A stretch of 64,000 bases of DNA from Blastocladiella emersonii ATCC 22665. Its lineage: Eukaryota > Fungi > Blastocladiomycota. The DNA is taken from contig JANHCV010000001.1 of assembly GCA_025594325.1 (NCBI GenBank), forward strand, positions 1,674,001 to 1,738,000. The letters are read 5' to 3'. Shown one piece after another: positions 44,951 to 53,700 of this stretch (position 1 is the stretch's first letter; each line of letters starts with the position of its first letter). Below the pieces are notes generated by a model. That model did not search any database and was not told the origin of the DNA. It was given only the letters and a program-made list of their open reading frames with translations. The translations under genes were made by a program, and so were the position numbers.

Positions 44951-46416
44951 ATGGTGTCGCTCGAGGTGCCCATCCTGCGCGGCCGCGGCCGCGTCGCCCG
45001 ACTCTGCGCCATGTACGAGTCGATCTCGGCGACGTCCGCGCCCGCCGCCGCCATCAAGCTGCCCGAGGCCGCGCCGCTCCCGACGCTCGATCTCAACACC
45101 ACCGTGGTCGCCGCCGCCGGCCCGGCTCCCGCTCCCGCGCTCGCCCGCGACGAGTCGGTCGAGACGCCGGCAGCCGACCACGCCGTCGCCGTCGCCAACT
45201 CGGGCTCCGAGGAGCATCTCGTTCCCGTGCCCGAGACTTCGGCGGCCTCCAAGTCCATGCCCAAGCCGTCGTCGCCGTCGTTCCTCGACAAGATCGTCGG
45301 CGCGCTCAAGGCGCCGCTCAAGCGCCTCCACAAGTCCGCGTCGCAGCTCAGTCTCGGCGGGGTACGTCTTCTCTTCGCTCTCACTCGCTCACTGATCCGC
45401 GACTCACGCCGAAGCGAATCGCCCGACAGACCCCCGTCGCTCCCGAGCACCAGCAGCTGCAGGTCAAGGTCGACACCGCGGGCCTCACGTCCGCCGCCAC
45501 CTCGACCACCCCCAAGAAGGTCAAGCCGGCCAAGGTCCTCAAGGGCCCCAAGAAGTCGGTCATCCGCCGGGTCTCGTGCACCGTGTACAACCAGTGCACG
45601 GGGCTCGCGACGCGTGCCAACACGATCGACTCGCGCGACTACTCGGCCGCCGCCAAGATGGCCCGCATGATCCTCGAATGCCGGTCGCGCGACCTGGCCG
45701 CGGACCTGGCGGCGCCGGCGTCGCTGGAGCTCGGCGACCTGGTCGAGACGATCCGCGCGGCCATCCGCGGGACCCAGTCCGAGGACCCCGAGGTCGTGGG
45801 CGCCGCCGTCGCCGCGATCCTTCAGGCCAACACGCCGGTTACCTACAACCGGATCTACCAGATTGTCAAGGGCTCGATCCACGGGACCACGACGCACTGC
45901 GACGCCGTGGTCCAGAAGTGGATTCGCGTTGCCGAGGTACGGTTTGCTGCGCCCGATCATCCCGCCTCGACCAGTCACTAACTCTCCCGTACTCGCCCGC
46001 CTCGTGAACAGCACGCGATCAACAGCAACGCCGATTTCGTCACCTTCAACGCGATCAGCTCGGCGCTCGAGATGATCGACGCGCACAAGGTGTACGCGAT
46101 GGCGCCGCACGAGCGCCGCGCCCTCAAGCGCATCATGGCGCTCAACAACGTGTGCGACAAGCTCAAGGGCGTCAAGGAGATGATGGAGAACAAGGTATTG
46201 GCGGCGGCAGCGGCCAAGGGCGCGACGGCGCCGCCGCGCATGGTCCCGCTGATCACGCCGGTGCTGGCGTCGCTGTACACGGCCAAGGCGTCGCCGATCG
46301 AGGACTCGTACGCCAAGGAGGTGGCCAAGATGGTCGACTTCTTCGACCGCGTCGAGATGCCCCTGGTCGCGCCGGCCCCCGAGGCTGTCGCGGCGGCCAT
46401 GGCGGCGCTGATCTGA
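44951..46416 (+). CDS. Hypothetical protein with a divergent RasGEF (CDC25-homology)-like C-terminal domain, 3 exons, ~440 aa
   Basis: Introns 45362-45429 and 45937-46011 keep frame. VVQKWIRVAE|HAINSNADFVTFNAISSAL and PPRMVPLITPVLASL resemble CDC25-domain conserved regions. Confidence 0.55.
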
Positions 46417-47197
46417 GTGAGGGAGAGCGTGTATGACTGCGCTCCGACGTTGATTTTCGTCAGTGTAAGCCGTTTGTATTCTTCTTAGTGTATTATATCT
46501 CGTTATTATGCCTTCAAATTGTCGTGCTTCCTGCCACTGTCTCTCGGACGTGCTCAGGGACTTGGAGACGCGACGCGAAATGGCGTGACCAACGCGGACC
46601 TGAAACGCGCCGCGGCGTCCAAGTCCGCCACACCTCGCTCACTGATCCGCTCGCGCTCCCGGGCTCCACGCACCTTCCTGAACGGCGATGCAAGCAGATG
46701 AAACGCGACTGGATGCAACGCACGAACAGAGCGATGCAGCAGACGCGTGTGGCTCCGCGAAAGTGGACTCACGGCGGCCGGCTCCGGTGACGCGCTGGTG
46801 CCGTGAGTGGACCTAACGCAGCGCCGCGAGTGGATCTAGCGCAGCAACTGGAGCTGGGCTCGATCTGCTGCCCTCTTCGGCGTCCCTGCCGTTCGCGCCG
46901 CGCACAGTTAGCTCCGTACGCCAGCTGGCGTCGCGCCAAGACGCGCAGGCGCACGCGGCGGTCCTCGTCGTGGACCCGCGCTTCCCTTCGCGCGACGACA
47001 CCGTGTTCATCGCCCGTTCGCTGCTCGCCGCCGCCGCTTCGGCCCTCGCGCTCCCCGCTCTCGACCCGACCCGCCGATAAATACCGGCCGCCGCCCCGCA
47101 TCCCTCCCTCTCGATTCGACAGCGAGCACCTCCCAGTCCTCTCTCCCTTGCACTCTTGCACACCCTCCCCTCCCCCCACCCCACCCTCTTCACCACC

Positions 47198-47929
47198 ATG
47201 ACCGGCTACGGCTACGGCGACGACTCGAAGGGCTACGATTCGGGCTACTACGGCGACGACTCGAAGGGCTACGAGTCGGGCTACTACGGTGACGATTCCA
47301 AGGGCTACGAGTCGGGCTACTACGGTGACGACTCGAAGGGCTACGACTCGGGCTACTATGGCGACGACCCGAAGGGCTACGACTCGGGCTACTATGGCGA
47401 CGACTCGAAGGGCTACGAGTCGGGCTACTACGGTGACGACTGCGGTAAGGACTCGGGCTACGATTCGGGCTACTACGGCGACGACTCGAAGGGCTACGAC
47501 TCGGGCTACTACGGTGACGATTCCAAGGGCTACGAGTCGGGCTACTACGGCGACGACTCGAAGGGCTACGACTCGGGCTACTACGGCGACGATTCCAAGG
47601 GCTACGACTCGGGCTACTACGGCGACGATTCCAAGGGCTACGAGTCGGGCTACTACGGCGACGACTCGAAGGGCTACGAGTCGGGCTACTACGGTGACGA
47701 TTCCAAGGGCTACGAGTCGGGCTACTACGGCGACGACTCGAAGGGCTACGAGTCGGGCTACTACGGCGACGACTCGAAGGGCTACGACTCGGGCTACTAC
47801 GGCGACGACTCGAAGGGCTACGACTCGGGCTACTACGGCGACGATTCCAAGGGCTACGAGTCGGGCTACTACGGCGACGACTCGTACGGTAGCTACGACT
47901 CGGGCTACTACGGCGACGGCTGCCACTAA
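47198..47929 (+). CDS. Tyr/Gly/Asp-rich tandem-repeat protein, 243 aa, 19 units of GDDSKGY(D/E)SGYY
   Basis: ATG in a CACCACCATG context, upstream ATAAATA (47077-47083), strong GC3 codon bias with synonymous variation between units, and stop TAA. Confidence 0.8.
   Translation: MTGYGYGDDSKGYDSGYYGDDSKGYESGYYGDDSKGYESGYYGDDSKGYDSGYYGDDPKGYDSGYYGDDSKGYESGYYGDDCGKDSGYDSGYYGDDSKGYDSGYYGDDSKGYESGYYGDDSKGYDSGYYGDDSKGYDSGYYGDDSKGYESGYYGDDSKGYESGYYGDDSKGYESGYYGDDSKGYESGYYGDDSKGYDSGYYGDDSKGYDSGYYGDDSKGYESGYYGDDSYGSYDSGYYGDGCH
47216..47914 (+). repeat. 36-bp coding tandem repeat (19 units; unit 7 is 45 bp and unit 19 is 39 bp)
   Basis: Consensus GGCGACGACTCGAAGGGCTACGA(C/G)TCGGGCTACTAC repeated head to tail. 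Confidence 0.95.
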
Positions 47930-48668
47930 GCCCTCCTGCCCGTCCCTTCCACCCTCTGCCTCCATCGCTGATACCGCGATGTGCTTCTTCCCCTCGTTGT
48001 TTGCTTTTCTCGCTCCCTTGTCTCCCTTTCCTTCCGTCTCGTTGAACTCGTTCGCCTTGCTCTTTCCTCTCTCCTCCTCTTCTCCGTGCGCCGTTCTCCT
48101 CGACCACCTTGTTCCCTCTCGATGATCGAGTTGAGATAAAACCGCGCTTCTCCAAACCATTCTCTCGATAGCGATCAGGCAGCGGGTTGATTGGCAAAGA
48201 GCACGCCCCATGCTTTCTGCTACCTTGGCCTCCCGAGCGGCATTGCGATTCGCAGCATTGGGAGGAGCTGGTCAAGCGCCGCTGCGAGAGCACTCCGATG
48301 CGCAATGCGATCCACCGAAGCCGAGCGACGTGACGTGATCGGAGGGGTGATCGGCGAGGAGAAAGTCGTTGACCGAGCTCAAGTTCACCAACGCCCAGGC
48401 GATGAGCCGTCGTTGCAAGCTTGGCCCGCACCCAATGCTGTATCGAGACCAGGAGATCTGTCCTGCCCTCTCAGTGCTTAGCTTGAGGCGCCCTGAGTGA
48501 GCGTGATCAGCTTGAGCTGCAGTCGTAGCAGCAGCTACTCACTCGCCCATGCGTAACTGATGTTTGTCCCGAGTGTTGTGGACTGAAAAGAGAGTCGATC
48601 CGAAGCCCAACTTTGGAGGGTAACAATGTGTATTTGCAAGAGTTGCACGCAATCCGAGCGAGCAGAGC

Positions 48669-49904
48669 TTAGAAAGCCGCGTCGCCACCAAAGTCGGCGT
48701 CGCAGTCGATGGCGTGGTCGTGACCAGCGAGCTGGGCGCCCGTCGCGTGGATGCCGTCGAGGGCGAGGCCCGTGAGGTCAAAGCCAGCCGGGAGGTCGGC
48801 CGAGCCATCGCCGTTCACATCCGTGTTGGCGTCGACGAGACCGTCGCCGTCCTGGTCGAGGTTCTGCGTGAGGTTGCCGTTGCGGTCGTAGACGCCGACC
48901 GTGACCGAGCCGTCGTCGTTGGCGTGCAGCTGCGTCTCGTAGTAGCCGTCGCCGTCCGCGTCGTAGGCCGCCATGGTCAGGTTGCCGTCGGCGTCGAACC
49001 GCGCAGCCGCGTCCTGCGACCCGTCGCCGGTCACGTCGCCCTCGAGCTGCACCGACCCGTCGGCCGACGTGTACGCGATCACGTTGGCGGTGCCGTCGCC
49101 GTCCGTGTCGACCGAGCGGATCTCGGCGCCGCCCTGGAACCGCTCGATGTGCACCTCGTTGCCGTCAATGATCTCGACCGCCACGGCCGAGCCAATGTCG
49201 CCGACCTCGGCCGACGCGTCGCGGGCCGCGTCCTCGGCAGGCGCGAAGGCCGGCTCGTACAGCAGCTCGGTGCGGTTGGCCGCCACGTTGGCGAACTGCG
49301 TGTCGCTGCCGTCGGCCTGGTCGATGAGGTTGGCGGCCTCGGCCCAGGTGATGCCCGGGTTGTTGGCGAGCACCTCGGCAATGGCGTTGGTGAAGAGCGA
49401 GCCGTTGGCGGTGGCGCCCGACAGCTCGGTCGACGAGCACGACGACAGGACCACGAGGTTGCCGGCAATGTCGGCGTCGCTGAAGTCGAGGTCGACGATC
49501 GTGCCCGACTGGCACGAGTCGTACACCATGGTCATGTTGGCGCCCTCGGGCAGGTCGGCCATGATCGCGCGGATCTCGTCGTCGGTGATGGGCCCGTCGG
49601 CGGCGTAGATGGCCTCGTCCTGGCCGTCGGCCTCGTCGCCGTTCCTGTCGGCGACCTGGCCGCCGTGGCCCGAGAACGAGAACATGAGCGTGTCTCCGGG
49701 CTCGGCCTGGGCCACCATGTCGCGGAGGCTCTGCAGGATGTCCTCGCGGGTGACGGGCGCATCGGTGTCGGTGACGGTCTGGACGTTGTCGATGCCCATG
49801 CCGCACGCCACGTTGGTCATGGTGTTGGCGTCGATGTCGCAGCCCGACAGCGGGTTGTCGGTGCCGGCGTAGTTGAGGCCAAAGAAAACTGCCGAATTAA
49901 CCAT
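48669..49904 (-). CDS. Metacaspase (peptidase C14) fused to an acidic DxDGDG Ca-binding-loop domain, intronless, 411 aa
   Basis: GLNY...LSGCDIDA, FSFSGHG (catalytic His), DGQDEAI, YDSCQSG (catalytic Cys), VVLSSC and GSLFTNAI. The C-terminus has DTDGDG, DADGDG, DQDGDG and DVNGDG. ATG in an AAAAATGG context. Confidence 0.9.
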   Translation of the reverse strand: MVNSAVFFGLNYAGTDNPLSGCDIDANTMTNVACGMGIDNVQTVTDTDAPVTREDILQSLRDMVAQAEPGDTLMFSFSGHGGQVADRNGDEADGQDEAIYAADGPITDDEIRAIMADLPEGANMTMVYDSCQSGTIVDLDFSDADIAGNLVVLSSCSSTELSGATANGSLFTNAIAEVLANNPGITWAEAANLIDQADGSDTQFANVAANRTELLYEPAFAPAEDAARDASAEVGDIGSAVAVEIIDGNEVHIERFQGGAEIRSVDTDGDGTANVIAYTSADGSVQLEGDVTGDGSQDAAARFDADGNLTMAAYDADGDGYYETQLHANDDGSVTVGVYDRNGNLTQNLDQDGDGLVDANTDVNGDGSADLPAGFDLTGLALDGIHATGAQLAGHDHAIDCDADFGGDAAF

Positions 49905-49980
49905 TTTTGATGTGCAAGATGAGCTACGTTGAGTTGGGGTGGGTGGAGAGCGAGAGGAGGGGGCGGGGAGGCCGGCGCGC

Positions 49981-49986
49981 TTTATA
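49981..49986 (-). promoter_or_regulatory. TATA box of the metacaspase gene
   Basis: CTATAAAGCGC on the minus strand 77 nt upstream of ATG 49904, followed by a pyrimidine-rich leader. Confidence 0.5.
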
Positions 49987-50770
49987 GTCGCCGCCCCTCG
50001 GCCGCCTTCGCCTCTCCTGACCCTTTTTCGTACGTGCTCGTCCCTGGCCCACATGGTTTCGCGCCGCGCCGCAAAGGGTTTCGCGCGGCCCGGCTTCTTG
50101 GCACGAGGACAGCCTCTCGCCACCGGATTCGCGGGCGTGCCGGGCGCCCCCTGCTTCACATTCCCTGAAACGAGTGGCGATCAGTTTGCCGCACGTGCCC
50201 AGCGCATCTGGTGTGTTCACAGCCGTGTTGGAAGCGCGAGGGGGTTCGCTGATCCGCTCCGATGCGGGTCGGTCCAGCAGCGCTGCGGGCAGCGGCAGCG
50301 CTCGCACTTCGATTCGCGAAGGGGCCCTCCCTTCGACGATGTTAGAACAACCCTTCCCCGCATCCGGCGTGCACTGAAGCGGTCCCCAATTCGACGAAGC
50401 GGCCTCAATGACGATGCCGCCGCGGCGTGCGGCGCGCGTCCCCCCGTTGCGCCAGGGTCCGACCGGTGCCGACTCGCCGTGTCTAGTCCTTAATCGAGCA
50501 CCATCTCCCGTTTAGGGCGTGACTGCGCACTGCCACATCTACGGAAGCATCGAGCATGACGGGATGCGTGCACATTTCGCTCACGGAGAGCCGGGCTGCG
50601 AGACGTGTTTTGAAAGCACGTGTGTGGCGCATCGCGTTCTCGGTGAGCCACCTCGCAAAAACCTCAGGTGTTGGAGCGTAAGCAATTGTCTCAAAACGCG
50701 ACTATGTTATTCTCTCAGCGGTTCTATACCGTGCGCGACGCCAGCCGACACCCACCCTGCGACCGGTTCC

Positions 50771-53700
50771 CTAAGTGGAAGCAGCAGGCGCGGCGCCCGC
50801 GGTGGTCGCCAGACGCGGCGCGCGGTTCCGACCGCCGCGATTACGGCGCTTGGGCGAAGCCGTCGCGTCGCCCGCACCGCCCTCGGTCTTGGTGCTAGCC
50901 GCCGCCGCCGCCGTCGACTCGCCGCGGGCGCCCGAGTCGCGCTCCGCCTGCTTCTGCGGCCGAGCTTGGGCGCCGTCGCCTGCGCCTCGCGGGGGCCGTG
51001 CACCGTTGTTCGCTGAGCCAGTCCCGCCACCGCGGCGCGACGACTGCTGCTGCTGCTGCTGCTGCTCCTGGCGCTTGGAATCGGCGCCAGCACCAGTCGG
51101 CGCCGATTTGGCGCCGTCGCGTGCGCCACTCGCCGCGGCCGGCGCGTCCGCCGATCTGCCGTTACGCGCGGCGTCGCCTTGGTTGTTGGACTTGGCGGGC
51201 TGGCCGCGGCGACCCTGCTGCTGCTGTTGCTGCCCGCGACCTCCGTCGGCACCGCCGCGGTTCCCACGGCCACCCCCGCGCTCAACGCGCGGCTCCTGCT
51301 TACCGGCACCGCCGCGACCGCCGTCGTTCTGGCGGTCACGACCACCGGACCCAGACCCAGCCGCGGGCTGCTGTTGCTGCTGCTGCTGCTCGCCGCTGGC
51401 CTGGCGGCCCTGCCCGCCGCGACCGCCGCGGCGACGCGGCTCCGAGTTGGCGGCAACCGAGGCAGCGTCGCGGTCCGAGCCGCTGGCGGGTGCCGGTGCG
51501 GCGCCGTCGGTGGCCGACTTGGCGCTGTCCTCGCGGCCACGCCGGCGACGGCCGCCACGGTCGCGCTGGCGCTTCGAGTGGTCGCCCGAGTGCTCGCCCT
51601 CCTCGGACGCGGAAGTGGCCGACTTGCGGCCGGACGTGTCGCGTGGAGCGGCGGCGGACGTAGGGGGTGCGCTCGGGGTAGCGGCGGCGGCCTTCGCCTT
51701 GGCGGCCCACGACTCGGTCGCTGCGGGTTTCGCGACAGGAGCGGGCACGGTCGGGTCAGCGGGCGCAGCAGCGACGGCGGAAATCGTTGCCGCGTCGACC
51801 GCCGAATCCGAAGCACCCGACGATTCCGCTGCCGCGGCATCAGCGACCTCGCTTTCGTTCGCGTCATCGGCCTCGACCATGAACGAGATATTTGACAGCA
51901 CGACGGGCGCGGGGGCAGCCGCCGACGCGGTCGCGCTGTGGACCGATCCCGTCGCCGACGCCGTGTCGCTGAGCGGGTCGACCTTGGGAAAGTCGCGCGG
52001 CGGGAAGTCGGACCGCGCGTTCGCGTACGCGTGGTCCTGCTTGGCGGGGACCGCCGCCGTGGCCGCGGTGTCGATCTCGGGCTCGGCCGCCACGGCCGCG
52101 AGCGAGGACGACGACGAGGACGCGGTCAGCGTGCTCTTGATACGCTCGAGGACCGAGTCGAGGTGGTCCATGGAGACGGGCGGCACGCCGCCTGCGGCGC
52201 GGTCCGCGGCGTCGATGGGCGAGTGCAGGATGGAGCCCGCCGCGCGCGCGGGCACCGTGATGGGCGCCGTCGGCGGCGTCTGCGCAGGCTGGCGCGAGGG
52301 CGGCGGCGGGGACACGTGCGGGGCCGCAGGCACGCGCAGGTGCGCGGGCGGCATCGTCGGGTCGCCGCTGCCGAACCCCTGCGGGACCTGCGTCGGGACG
52401 CCCATCGGGGCAAACGACTGCGGGCCCATGGGCGGCTGCTGCGCGCCGGCGCCGTACCCGTGGTGCATTGGGAGCGGATGGAACTGACCGTGGTGCAGCG
52501 GGTGCGGCTGCTGGGACTGCTGCTGCTGGTGCATCGGCGGGACGTTGGGCGGCACCGGGTGGTGCATCGAGTGCTGCTGCTGGCCGTAGAACCCGTGGTG
52601 CGGCGGGCCCATGGGCGGCTGCTGCTGCTGGTGGTGGAGGAGCTGCTGAGACTGGAGCCCGTACTGCTGCTGCGAGTACTGCGGCTGCTGCGCAGGACCG
52701 GTCCGCGGGCCCATGCCGGTGTTGCCGTAGCTGTGGTCCATGGGCGACTGCATGGACCCGTAGTGCTGCTGTTGCGGGGACTGCGGCTGCTGCTGCTGCG
52801 AGTGGAGCGGCAGATGGCGAGCACCGCCGGGGCCAAACGGCTGCTGCTGCTGCTGCTGGGACTGCTGCTGCGACTGCCCGAACGGCGACGACGGGTACTG
52901 GCCGAGCGCCATGGTCATCGCGACGCCCATCGGGACGCTGGCGCCCATACCGCCAGGACCGTTGGGCGGCCCACCCTGCTGCTGGTTGGACTGGCCGTTC
53001 CCGCCGACGGGCATGATCGGCATGTGGAGCCCGCCGCCGTAGAAAGGGTTCGGCGAGTACTGCGCAAACGACGAGGGCGTCGCGGGACCCATGGGCGCCG
53101 AGGCGGGCGGCTGCGGCTGGCGCGGCTGCTGCTGCGACGATTGCATACCGAGCGGGCCCTGCGGCGGCTGCTGCTGCGAGTACGTGTACTGCTGCATAAG
53201 CGGGTCGTAGCCGTAGTACATGGGCGCCGGGTTCGGGCCGCCGACGGACGTGCTGCCGACCGCCGACGTCGGGCTCGGGACCGACGCGACCGCAGGCGTG
53301 AACCCGTGGAGCGGGCCAAACTGCGGGACGGGTGGGCCAGCGGGTGTCGAGGCCGACGCGGGCGCGGCGTTGCTGAGCGTCGAGACTGCGGTGACGGGCG
53401 AGCCGGCGCCGGACCCGCCCGTGGCGAGGTGCGACAGGGTGATGGGCTGGCGCGGCGGCGAGATGGGCCGCGGGTGCGAGGGCTCGCCGGACGCGGCGCC
53501 GGCGCCGGGCGCGGTGGAGGACCGCTTGGCGAGCTCGTACTTGTCGACGGGCAGCGACGCATTGGACATGCGGTCCTGCTGCGACTGGAACAGCTGCGCG
53601 CTCGGGTGCGCCGAGCCGCGCGTGAGGATCTTGACGACGGGCGGGTCGACGGCGGCGGGCGCGGCGACAATGGACGCTGCGGGGCTCGACGAGCTCTTGG

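Noticed and set aside
47003-47080. Signal-peptide-like text (VFIARSLLAAAASALALP) upstream of the Tyr-rich repeat gene
   Set aside because: It ends in TAA at 47078-47080, has no ATG, and I found no convincing splice donor linking it to the repeat ORF. Only RNA-seq could revive it.
47216-47914. 36-bp periodic array resembling a CRISPR array
   Set aside because: Units are head to tail with no unique spacers, variation is synonymous or in-frame, no cas genes are present, and the context is eukaryotic.
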